Assembly (NCBI GenBank): GCA_030141605.1
Contig: JAQGDQ010000316.1
Coordinates: forward strand, 124,001 to 188,000
Source: Tubiluchus corallicola
Taxonomy: Eukaryota > Animalia > Priapulida
DNA length: 64,000 nucleotides
Reading direction: 5' to 3'
Shown: positions 14,377 through 37,049 of the stretch, piece after piece
How the letters are laid out: the number at the start of each line of letters is the position of its first letter
Position numbering within the stretch: the stretch's first letter is position 1
The notes under the pieces: generated by a model
Database searches by the model: none
What the model was told of the DNA's origin: nothing
What the model saw: the letters and a program-made list of their open reading frames with translations, nothing else
Made by a program: the position numbers and the translations under genes

Positions 14377-14651
14377 ACCAAGCCACTGGGGGGGGGGTGG
14401 TAAGCCAGTCCAACTCAGATCCGGTCCCAAGCCCGGATAAATAGGGAGGGTTAGGGTCAGGAAGGGCATCCACCTGTAAAAACTGCGCCAAAACCTTCTA
14501 TGAATGAGTCAGTGAGACACCTGAAAAGAAGAGTCGGTGAAGATCTTGTGGGAATTGAAGACATAAATGAAGAGATGGTCAACAACAGGAACGCGTGGAG
14601 AAGACTCATTCACAACGGCGACTCCGAATAGGGAAAAGCTGGGAAGAAGAA
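14377..14651 (+). mobile_element. Short non-autonomous RTE-derived retroposon (RTE 5' UTR joined to RTE 3' end)
   Basis: It has the RTE/Expander-like 5' motif GGTCCCAAGCCCGGATAAATAGGGAGGG..GTCAGGAAGGGCATCC..GTAAAA. The 3' end reads ..NRNAWRRLIHNGDSE* and ends in a (GAA)n tail. A 17-bp TSD with one mismatch flanks it: gatgataataatgatga (14360-14376) / gatgatattaatgatga (14652-14668). Confidence 0.75.
14401..14455 (+). ncRNA. Twister ribozyme-like motif, probably degenerate
   Basis: CCGG-UCCCAAGC-CCGG-AUAAA-UAGG-GAGGG (14421-14450) matches the type P1 twister P4/L4 and 3' L1 core. A UAA lies upstream at 14401, but P2 pairs poorly. Confidence 0.6.
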
Positions 14652-16271
14652 GATGATATTAATGATGATGACAACAATAACACATAAAATGTGGAAGTAA
14701 ATTTTATTGGATTTCAAGAAGAATTTTTTGTATAACTTAAGAAGTCTAGACTTCATCATTTTTCAATAAATTACACTTCAAATTGGCAACAGAAATTATA
14801 ACTGTATTTAAGCAAATATATACGTACATATTTAAACAAACGTAGAGCTTAAAGTTACGTTTACGTGTGTGAAATTCTGTTTTTATGGACAGACGAAAAT
14901 TTAAATTAAAATATCGAAATTTTCGTTCATACATCATGTTTAACTCATGGTTAAGAATGAAATGTTTTGCAACATTAGTCCTACACTAGGCAACTAGTTT
15001 AACCTTGCATTATAATGTTTTTGATTAATTCTAGTATACATTTCAAAGATTTATAATGAGTTTTGTGCATGAATATGCTAATTCATTGTATGCAATTAAC
15101 TCGTCATTTGTTTGAATTCTTTGAGGTGAAACGTCTGGGAAGCATGTTGTCATAACAAATTTCAAATTATATGAAGGTCACAGAACTTTCCAGTCTCTCC
15201 CAACAAATCACATTCGATGGTTGAGTATTTCGGATCAGAAAATTTCAACGCACCGATTTATTAGTAATAATTATGGAAGCTCCAGAATTTTCTAAACCGA
15301 TCAAGTGGCAAAGTTAGTTTTTGTTATATTCTCAAACAGCATTGTAATGTAAGCCAAAATGATTCTTAGTTTTAGAGTCAATTGAAAACGTGTGTCACTA
15401 CCATAAATTACAAATGTGCAGCCTGTCTTGCTGCCTATGTAGGTTAGACTAATCATCGTCTCCTTTCTAGCATTAATGAGCATTTACGTGGAGAGCCACT
15501 TGTACATCCTAAACAATGTCAATGTAAATGTCAAATTTCGGAAATGTTTTGCAGTATTGTTCCCTCCCTGGAAATGGGATCTGACAGCAATGAAGGCCTA
15601 AATAGTGCAATTACAAGTTTCATTGTTGTGTCTGATTATTCTGATGGCCATTGAGAAATTTCACTTTTTGCAAAATATTCGTTAATTTTGTCACAATGAG
15701 TGTTTGCAGGTAAAAATAACCAACGGGTCTATTAAGAAGGGTTCTTAAGCTTTGTAATGATCACATTTTCGTGTCAAGATCATATGCCTACTTAAACAAA
15801 AACAGCCAGTATCTTCAAACAGCTAATGAAATATCCAAGTTGGAATATGTTATTTATGCAAATACAGGACATGAACTTTTTGTGAGCTAATGATGATTGT
15901 AAAAAATTGTGTAAAATTTCATGCAGCTGCAAGCCACATCTGAACTGGAACAATAGGTTGCCAGGGTTTTTGTGACATGCAGCTGCTATGTTCATTGTCC
16001 TGCTGTAGCTTCTAACATCACACTGCTGGAACGGGCATTGCTAAGTTTGGCGTTACTATGGTGACCAAGTAATTTTTCCAGTCTGCGGCGAGTTAAAAAA
16101 CGACGCATGTGCATAATTACATTAGTTGCAGTCATACATGACATTTTATATCTAAGACCATCCTTACACATTAGGCTAATACCTTGTGTTTCTCTGTGGT
16201 TTGTCCACTTGCAAGAAGTCTAAATTTAACTTTGCTTTGTTTGCTAATTAACTCACCTAGGAACTTACAAG

Positions 16272-16760
16272 AGTAAAGGAAAGTTGTGTTAAATAAGGAT
16301 TTTCATTAAATTGCTGATTAAATTATTAAATTAATAATTTAAGAGTAAATGCTTGATGATGAAAGATTAAACTATCGTCGTGGATAGAAGCCTAGTTAGG
16401 TGTGACATCACGTGATCAGCTGATGTTCGACCGGCTGACTCCGAAGTAAAGAATGATGATGTAATCCTTATGCGCAGAAGCTCACGCGCATTAGGTAGTT
16501 AGACAAAAGTGGCTTGAGCCCCGCACACGGGGGGGGGGGGGGAGATTAGGAACATCCTTGAAGACGGAGGGCTGGCATTACTATCCTCTTACATTTACCG
16601 TGTTGTGTTTGATATTTAATAAATGTGTTGCTTATTAAATAAAATCTTGATAGTTTGCCATGCCGATTGTGGCTACCTCGCACGCCACGCAATAAACAAC
16701 AATAATCAGCAAGCAGCTTTAATCACAAGAATAAATAAACTTTAATCAAATTATTTTACT
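16272..16760 (+). mobile_element. Solo LTR (489 bp) with non-canonical AGT...ACT termini
   Basis: Inverted termini AGTAAA...TTTACT and a perfect 5-bp TSD ACAAG (16267-16271/16761-16765), with an internal AATAAA. It shares sequence blocks with the LTR at 24741-25115. Confidence 0.8.
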
Positions 16761-16990
16761 ACAAGCATGTTCAGATTCCCTGTTCACACTAGACAGTAAC
16801 TCGCAGGAGAACTTACAAGCATGTTCAGACTCCCTGTTCACACTAGACAGTAACTCGCAGGAGATCTTGTTCACACTAGACAGTAACTACAAGCATGTTT
16901 AGACTCCCTGTTCACACTAGACAGTAACTCGCTTGAGAACTTACAAGCATGTTCAGACTCCCTGTTCACACTAGACAGTAACTCGCAGGT
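16761..16990. repeat. ~54-bp tandem repeat (acaagcatgttcagactccctgttcacactagacagtaactcgcaggagaactt), ~4 copies
   Basis: Directly visible repeated units. The solo LTR is inserted at the start of the first unit. Confidence 0.85.
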
Positions 16991-17473
16991 GATCATCTCG
17001 CTGCAACTATCTTAGAGTTTGCAATAATTTTACAACACTAAAGCGCAAATCGGTTCACACTTGCGAGTTTACTGCTACAGGAAAAACCTCGCGACAGAAA
17101 ACTTGCTAGTCTAAACTTCAATGATGAATCGTGTCTACTTTCACTGCTTTATTGCAATGAGACAATGTTGTTTAGCTTTTCGTTACTCTAACTACTATAA
17201 TATCATTTGTCTACATGTGAAAAATTACTCATCTTTGTATGCGTAACTTACAGTTTAATTTTAAGTTTTTTAATCATTCGCATCAAAATTAAATTGAAGA
17301 AATTACATAAAAATAATCCTAAAAAGATTTTTTATTGTACGAGCATTTGTATCTATATGCAAAAATATACATTCAATGAAACAATAAACAAATAGGTATA
17401 AACTTATTTAGGAATGACATCTAATAAGCTACGGAACAAACCACTTGTTTAATTAAAGGTGAACATTATGAAC

Positions 17474-17855
17474 AACTGCAAGCGAAATTCTTTCATGTGA
17501 ACAGGAATTTGGTTCTTTTGTGGGATTTTAGCATACAAATGATTACGGTAACTGCAAGTGAAATTCTTTTATGTGAAGAGAAATTTGGTCCTATGGTGGG
17601 ATTTTAGCATACAAATGATTACGGTAACTGCAAGTGAAATTCTTTCATGTGAAGAGGAATTTGGTCCTATTGTTGGATTTTGGCATACAAATGATTACGG
17701 TAACTGCAAGTGAAATTCTTTCATGTGAAGAGGAATTTGGTCCTATTGTTGGATTTTAGCATACAAATGATTACGGTAACTGCAAGTGAAATTCTTTTAT
17801 GTGAAGAGGAATTTGGTCCTATGGTGGGATTTTAGCATACAAATGATTACGGTAA
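17474..17855. repeat. 76-bp minisatellite, 5 copies
   Basis: actgcaag recurs at 17475, 17551, 17627, 17703 and 17779. Confidence 0.92.
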
Positions 17856-18161
17856 CCATATCCATTACGGCAGCAATTTTCGTTAGTTCCATGAGTAAAT
17901 GTAGTTGTAGATTTGCTCGACAGGAGTTATGTAATAGGCAAACTTTGGAACAACCAGCCCTTTGTAATACCAGCCCACTAACAAGAGGTATTCATATCGG
18001 TAGAGTCCAATAATTTCAAGGTAACTTATATGTTCCACAAGTTGCCTGTAAGCTGGTTAGTCCAGTTATTATGATTATTAGTCCATAATTAGTCGTTGTT
18101 AGTCCATGATGCGCCTTGATAACCATCTAATTCGCGGTCGTATTCAACCAGAAGAACAATC

Positions 18162-29845
<11,684 letters not shown>

Positions 29846-30113
29846 TGCGAATTCTTGTTAAATTCCAGCTGAAAGTAGAAAAAAATCCAAACTAAGTGAA
29901 CACAGGTCACAGGGATTTCAGAAAGACTCAGTTTCTGAAGACCCAGATCATCATCTTCGGCATCATCATCATTATCATCAACATCATCATCACCATTACC
30001 ATCGTCGTTGTCGCCGCAAGCATCGTGATATTCACTTTCGATATCATTATCATCATTATTTAACAAAATTTGCAAAAAAATGCTATTGCATTAGAGCCAA
30101 AGAAAGTACTTAC

Positions 30114-30240
30114 ATATGAAAACACTGATGTCTCTTTTTGCAACCAGAACGCTTTTTATATGTTTCTTCTGGTGTCTAGAGGCAACAAACTTGACCTAAT
30201 GATGTGACATGTAGTTCAAAGGTCCACCTCGGAGGTCAGA
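30114..30240 (-). promoter_or_regulatory. Putative trypsin core promoter: TATA, TCAGT initiator, micro first exon, upstream nuclear-receptor sites
   Basis: TATAAAAAG at 30160-30152, TCAGT at ~30128-30124 and a GTAAGT donor at 30113. A DR1-like AGTTCA-A-AGGTCC lies at 30213-30225. Confidence 0.5.
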
Positions 30241-30724
30241 CAGGCCAGTGGGGCTAATGCCATTAATTGGACATTGTGTTTCTGAGACTTATAGTGGAAA
30301 TCATTCCAAAGGTGTGGGCGTAATTTGTACCAGGTCATCATGTTCTGCTCTGTCATGAGAACAAATCACTTCCCTCGGGGCTTGACGTTCCGCTTTCTCA
30401 GCAGAGGAGTCTATTATGTCTGTCAACTTGGTGTCACATTTCTTTCAAACGAAAGTGATGTCTAACATCGTTTAATCTGCTAATCATGCCGGCGCACGAA
30501 CTTTCATTTCTCATACAGGCCAGGCTCTATTTCTATTCTGACCTGTGTTGGTTGATCATTAAGGACCGTTGTGAGGTTATTTATTTTAAATTTTTAATCT
30601 TGTATTTTTCTCATTTTTTCATTTGTTATTAATTTTGTCGTGATAGTATTTTATGTGTGACGTGGTCCCTTTTGTACATGCGCAGTAGTTTTTACTGTAT
30701 GTGTTTGTGTTACCTGGAATACGG

Positions 30725-30727
<3 letters not shown>

Positions 30728-30786
<59 letters not shown>

Positions 30787-30822
30787 CCTCCCCCTCTCTC
30801 TCGCTCTCTCTCCTCTCTCTCT
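30728..30822. repeat. (CT)n microsatellite
   Basis: Direct observation. A second (CT)n tract lies at 31157-31215. Confidence 0.95.
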
Positions 30823-31152
30823 ATGGATATGCATATGATTACAGTGCTAGTGAGATGAGTGTTGAAATTCGCGTGATGTATTTTGATGTATTACGTAGAA
30901 AATCTGTTTTATGTTTAATGAAAAGATTTGATGCTAGTGATAATTTAATGTGCCAGAAAATTTTAGTAAGCGATGCTAAATTTACATCGCACATAAGACA
31001 GCAATGGTGGAGACTATTATTGTAAATTTCATGTTTATCTAAGTTTGTGTGTGATTTGTTTGTAGTGGTTTTTTGTTTTTATGATGTTGTATGTAGTATA
31101 TTTGTAAATTGTAATATGAACTAATGTTTTAAATAAAGAATTAAAGCAAATC

Positions 31153-31196
<44 letters not shown>

Positions 31197-31499
31197 CTCT
31201 GCCTCTCTGTCTCTCTGTTTTTCTCACAACACATTAGGGTGTGTGACCTATTAGTTCCACACACCGACTTATCAAGAATTGCAACCTTTTGAGAATGAAA
31301 ACGGTGACTTTTTTGACGATCGAAGATTCCCGTGATTGTATTTGTTCGCGAATCATTCGCATGAAGTTGTAAATAATTTCGCGAATTCCTGTGAACTTTG
31401 TGTGGCATTTTCCTCGTGCGAAAATCGTGGTGTTCTGCGGCACGTCGAATGTTGAAAGACGTTCTTGCTTGTATATTACGATCATTTTGCAACAACGAA

Positions 31500-32715
31500 G
31501 ATCTCTAAAATGTCGCCAAAATATTGAATAAAAGGCGCAAAGATCTCCAAAATGTGGCCAAAATATTGAATAAAAGTCGCAAAGATCTTCAATATGTTGT
31601 CAACATATTGAACAATAGTCGCAAAGATCTCCAAAATGTCGCCAAAAAATTGAAAAATATCCACAAAGATCTCCAAAATGTCGCCAAAATATTTAATAAT
31701 AGTCGCAAAGATCTCCAAAATGTCGCCAAAATATTGAATAATAGTCGCAAAGATCTCCAAAATGTCGCCAAAATATTGAATAATAGTCGCAAAGATCTCC
31801 AAAATGTCGCCAAAATTTTGAATAACAGTCGCAAAGATCTCCAAAATGTCGCCAAAATTTTGAATAATAGTCGCAAAGATCTCCAAAATGTCGCCAAAAT
31901 ATTGAATAATAGTCGCAAAGATCTCCAAAATGTCGCCAAAATATTGAATAACAGTCGCAAAGATCTCCAAAATGTCGCCAAAAAATTCAAAAATAGCCGC
32001 AAATATCTTCAAAATGTCGCCAAAATATTGAATAATAGTCGCAAAGATCTCCAAAATGTCGCCAAAAAATTCAAAAATAGTCGCAAATATCTTCAAAATG
32101 TCGCCAAAATATTGAATAATAGTCGCAAAGATCTCCAAAATGTCGCCAAAATATTGAATAATAGTCGCAAACATCTTCAAAATGTCGCCAAAATATTGAA
32201 TACTAGTCGCAAATATCTCCAAAATGTCGCCAAAATATTGAATAATAGTCGCAAAGATCTCCAAAATGTCGCCAAAATATTGAATAATAGTCGCAAACAT
32301 CTTCAAAATGTCGCCAAAATATTGAATAATAGTCGCAAAAATCTCCAAAATGTCGCCAAAATATTGAATAATAGTCGCAAAGATCTCCAAAATGTCGCCA
32401 AAATATTGAATAATAGTCGCAAACATCTTCAAAATGTTGCCAAAATATTGAATAATAGTCGCAAATATCTTCAAAATGTTGCCAAAATATTGAATAATAG
32501 TCGCAAAGATCTCCAAAATGTTGCCAAAATATTGAATAATAGTCGCAAACATCTTCAAAATGTTGCCAAAATATTGAATAATAGTCGCAAAGATCTCCAA
32601 AATGTCGCCAAAATATTGAATAATAGTCGCAAAGATCTCCAAAATGTCGCCAAAATATTGAATAACAGGCGCAAAGATCTCCAAAATGTCGCCAAAAAAT
32701 TGAAAAACAGCCTCA
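31500..32715. repeat. 42-bp minisatellite (~29 copies, 21-bp half-unit)
   Basis: Unit aaaatgtcgccaaaatattgaataatagtcgcaaagatctcc, giving a 14-aa periodicity in ORFs on both strands. Confidence 0.95.
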
Positions 32716-33130
32716 AATTTGTGGCACCTTTCTCAGAAACGTCGCAAAATGTTCTCAAAGTTTTCGCAGATTCTGGAATAGTTGCCAAACATGGCGACTA
32801 ACTGGCCGCCAGTTAGGGAGAAATTGGCAAATGTTAAACTTGACACAACCTAACTTAACTGTTAGATTGTGAGAAAGGCCAAAAATACCTAATATGTCTC
32901 TTAAAATTCAAGCAAATTTCTAAAATATTGAGAATGTTGAATGTGATTAATTTTTGCTTTCTCTGTTCTTTAACATATAATAATATTAATGTTAATAATT
33001 TCGTTTATAACATATTCCACGGATAACTCAGTAATACCTCGAGAAACTCAATACTCATTTCCTAGGTGGCCTGATTATTAACCTACGTGCTTCGTCGAAG
33101 AACCAGCGGTACCTTTTTCTTAAGTCTTTG

Positions 33131-34457
33131 CTATTCTATTCTGTTCTGTTCTGTTCTGTTCTGTTCTGTTCTGTTCTGTTCTGTTCTGTTCTGTTCTGTT
33201 CTGTTCTGTTCTGTTCTGTTCTGTTCTGTTCTGTTCTGTTCTGTTCTGTTCTGTTCTGTTCTGTTCTGTTCTGTTCTACTCTACTCTACTCTACTCTACT
33301 CTACTCTACTCTACTCTACTCTACTCTACTCTACTCTACTCTACTCTACTCTACTCTACTCTACTCTACTCTATTCTATTCTATTCTATTCTATTCTATT
33401 CTATTCTATTCTATTCTATTCTATTCTATTCTATTCTATTCTATTCTATTCTATTCTGTTCTATTCTATTCTACGTTTTTCTATTCTGCTCTGTTCTGTT
33501 CCGTTCAGTTTAATTCTATTCTATTCTATTCTATTCTATTCTATTCTATTCTATTCTATTCTATTCTATTCTATTCTATTCTATTCTATTCTATTCTATT
33601 CTATTCTATTCTATTCTATTCTATTCTATTCTATTCTATTCTATTCTATTCTACTCTATTCTATTCTATTCTATTCTATTCTATTCTATTCTATTCTATT
33701 CTATTCTATTCTATTCTATTCTATTCTATTCTATTCTATTCTATTCTATTCTATTCTGTTCTATTCTGTTCTATTCTGTTCTATTCTGTTCTATTCTATT
33801 CTATTCTATTCTATTCTATTCTATTCTATTCTATTCTATTCTATTCTATTCTGTTCTATTCTATTCTGTTCTATTCTATTCTGTTCTATTCTATGTGTTC
33901 TATTCTATTCTGTTCTGTTCTATTCTATTCTATTCTATTCTATTCTATTCTATTCTATTCTATTCTATTCTATTCTATTCTATTCTATTCTGTTCTGTTC
34001 TGTTCTGTTCTGTTCTATTCTATTCTATTCTATTCTATTCTATTCTATTCTATTCTATTCTATTCTATTCTATTCTATTCTATTCTATTCTATTCTATTC
34101 TATTCTATTCTATTCTATTCTATTCTTCTACTCTATTCTGCTCTGCTCTACTCTACTCTGCTCTGCTCTGCTCTGCTCTGCTCTGCTCTGCTCTGCTCTG
34201 CTCTGCTCTGCTCTGCTCTACTCTACTCTACTCTACTCTACTCTACTCTACTCTACTCTACTCTACTCTACTCTACTCTACTCTACTCTACTCTACTCTA
34301 CTCTACTCTACTCTACTCTACTCCACTCCACTCCACTCCACTCCACTCCACTCTACTCTACTCCACTCCACTCCACTCCACTCCACTCCACTCCATTCCA
34401 TTCCATTCCATTCCATTCCATTCCATTCCATTCCATTCCATTCTATTCTATTCTATT
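33131..34457. repeat. Compound pentanucleotide satellite (CYRYT)n
   Basis: Successive blocks CTGTT, CTACT, CTATT, CTGCT, CTACT, CCACT, CCATT, CTATT. Confidence 0.97.
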
Positions 34458-35024
34458 AAGAATAACTTAATCCGGTAACTTAATTATTATCAGGTTAAAT
34501 TCGACCCTCATTAGAAACGAGTCACGTGACGTCACGTGAACTGAACAAGAATTATGAATGAGAGCGCAGTGGAAATGCATGAAAGAGATTCTCCCGCCCA
34601 GAGCAAAATAACTTTTCTACGATAATGACTTTTAACAAGGTCACATTTGCTCACTCCGTCTGTGTATAGCCACAGGCTTGTAATTAACAAGGTAGACAGT
34701 ATCTATTAGAACTTTCACCTGCCTGTCCAAGTGAATCTTTACCACATTCAGTTATTTCAACTGGTGAAAAATTATTTGATGTGGGCGAGTAAACGATTTC
34801 CACTTCCCATGTGCAAAAATAAACTACAATTGTGCAAAACTTTACCTTAAAAGTGCAAAATTAATTTCAAAAGTAGAAATTGCTGCCAGGTAACGCATTA
34901 GTAAAATATTATCGAGGTGATTATTATAAAAATAGTCATATTAAATAATAATCAGATATTATAAAAATCAGCAGACTTGTTTATCGTGTTCAGTTTGAAA
35001 AATGCGAAAATGCAATTTGTGCCT

Positions 35025-35178
35025 GTACGGTTGGCCGAATGGTTAAGGCAGAGTGTGGGTGTTCTTTCCTTACGGCCCGAGTTCGAATCTCACGACCACC
35101 TGTAATGGCGCAAACAGTCGTTATTTGTGTTACTTGTGCCGTTTCAATGTTATAATAATAATAATAATAATAATAATG
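35025..35178 (+). mobile_element. tRNA-derived SINE or tRNA pseudogene with (TAA)n tail
   Basis: A box TGGCCGAATGG (35032-35042) and B box GAGTTCGAATC (35079-35089). There is no good anticodon arm, and a (TAA)n tract lies at ~35151-35177. Confidence 0.6.
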
Positions 35179-35437
35179 ATCTTTTGTTTATCTTTTAACA
35201 CACGCACAGTTATAATACAATTAATTTGGCAACGAAAATGTGAAGAAAGGGCAGCGAAAGACCAATTGGTCATCTAGTCAGCTGCCCTTTGGTTAGTGAT
35301 GAACATTTTTTACAAGCGCTATGCTACAGTGTATTAGTGTTAGTACTGCTTATAATAAAATTTAATTGTTACGAATGACATTAAATTGATATGCTTATAA
35401 CGTGTTAGTACAATTCATACACAGTAATAATAAGTGC

Positions 35438-35475
<38 letters not shown>

Positions 35476-35904
35476 CTAATCAAACTAAAAATAACTGAAA
35501 TAAGAACTGAAACAAGAACCGAAATAAAAATCTGACCACAGAAACATAATAACAATGGCAACTGAAATTTACTTTATAACACAAACATAATGTAAAAAAA
35601 AAGTGTTGTATTCGTTAATAGTCGCTTATAGTAGCCAATGGCTAATGTTGTTTGTTGTCCCAGCGACTGTAAATACGTGTCTTTGTCCTTCTTGTGTCTT
35701 TTTTTTACTTTAGTCAAGTAACTTTTTGTTGTTTTTACATATTAAATTGCTACAGTAAGAGTCAAACAAGAATGTCTAACACGATTCATTGTTTTTAAAA
35801 AGAAAAATGAGTCAACCCGTTTGAATTTTTCCTCTTTTTATTCAAGTTTTTGTTCTATTTTTTTGTTAAAATAAAATACAGTGAAAATCAATTAATGATA
35901 TATT

Positions 35905-35950
35905 TTGTTGTTGTTGGCATCCTTCTGTCTCGGAAGACAATGGAGTGTGC
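35905..35950 (-). mobile_element. Extreme 3' end of an RTE LINE
   Basis: The minus strand reads CCATTGTCTTCCGAGACAGAAGGATGCC-(AAC)n, the typical RTE 3' stem-loop plus tail. Confidence 0.55.
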
Positions 35951-36089
35951 GCCAAGAGAGTCATGTTCTTGTCATTCACGTTCTTATCAACAGCTCAGAA
36001 AGAAGCTGAGAAACAAGTTGCGAGAGAAGTCTCTAGGTCTTCCCTTGCGCATCAAGCACATTTGCAAAGTGTTACAGTATTGCTTAAGC

Positions 36090-36265
36090 GCATGATGTCA
36101 CGAAAAATGTGCTTTACATCATATAACGTCATGAAACTAACACTGCGCTTAATGGTCACGTGACAAAAAGGCACCGCTGCCAATCTTCACTGAGCCGAGC
36201 GTAGCTTTGAAAGTTTAACGAAATCTGAGTATCCGAGGTAATTATTATTTAATTTAAGCTTTGAA
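36090..36265. repeat. Dispersed repeat copy 2 (homologous to 18867-19060)
   Basis: Same blocks as copy 1. It abuts the SLC16 fragment. Confidence 0.75.
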
Positions 36266-36482
36266 ATTCCACAATGAAGACTCCACCAGAATATACGATG
36301 CCCCAGAGAATGAAATGAAGCATAAATGAAGCGAATGCCACGATCCACCCCCAACCACCATCTGGAGCGACTGGCAGGGGTATGGAGATACGAGGACTGG
36401 CGTCTCCGTGACGTGTGCCCTCTGTGCGACTCTGTCTCATAGAGCTGACGCGCTTTTCAACTGATGGCGATGCAGTCGTCAT
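36249..36482 (-). pseudogene. Orphan N-terminal fragment of a monocarboxylate transporter (SLC16/MCT, MFS)
   Basis: MTTASP..PLPVAPDGGWGWIVAFASFMLHFILWGIVYSGGVFIVEF contains the SLC16 signature PDGGWGW and TM1. It runs into the dispersed repeat and stops, with no donor or further MCT exons visible. Confidence 0.7.
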
Positions 36483-37049
36483 GGTTACCACAAGATATCA
36501 GCACCCTTTTTGGGAAATGAAATTTCAGCACAATTTTGGCAAAAGAAATTTTTGCCATTAGTACGTATTTTGTAAAACCAATCATGTGCTAAACATTGAA
36601 ATTCATTAAGACTCATTTTAACCCGTGAAAAAGGTGCTGCAAATTAATGTTCATGTTTGAATGATGTCAAAATCAACTAGCACAGGCCATTCACAATAAC
36701 TATGAATGTTTAAATTATAAAATTGTTCCATTTCATCTGTTTGTGACAAACTGTTTACTTCTAGAATATAACCATTGCCTTATTCCTCTTAACTGAACAA
36801 AGACAGTAAAAAGAAGCCAAGAGAACTGCACGATGAGAAATCACACGGTGAAAAAATAAAGGAGTATGACACAAACATTGAAGGCATTAAAAGGCGACAA
36901 TGACAAAATAGAGATTTTCATTTTAAAGTCATTGGAAGCTCAGGTAGAAGATTCGTTAGCAATAGCTCACACAGACAACATGAGTAAATCAACTGAAGAT
37001 TTCTGAATGGCTTCTGAATTATAACTTTAAATGTGTATAAAACTTCGTA

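Noticed and set aside
31482-32801. 400- and 425-aa ORFs on opposite strands
   Set aside because: They are translations of a stop-free 42-bp minisatellite, with no splice context or domain.
33087-34478. 463/443/191-aa hydrophobic ORFs (YSILF)n
   Set aside because: They are translations of a pentanucleotide satellite.
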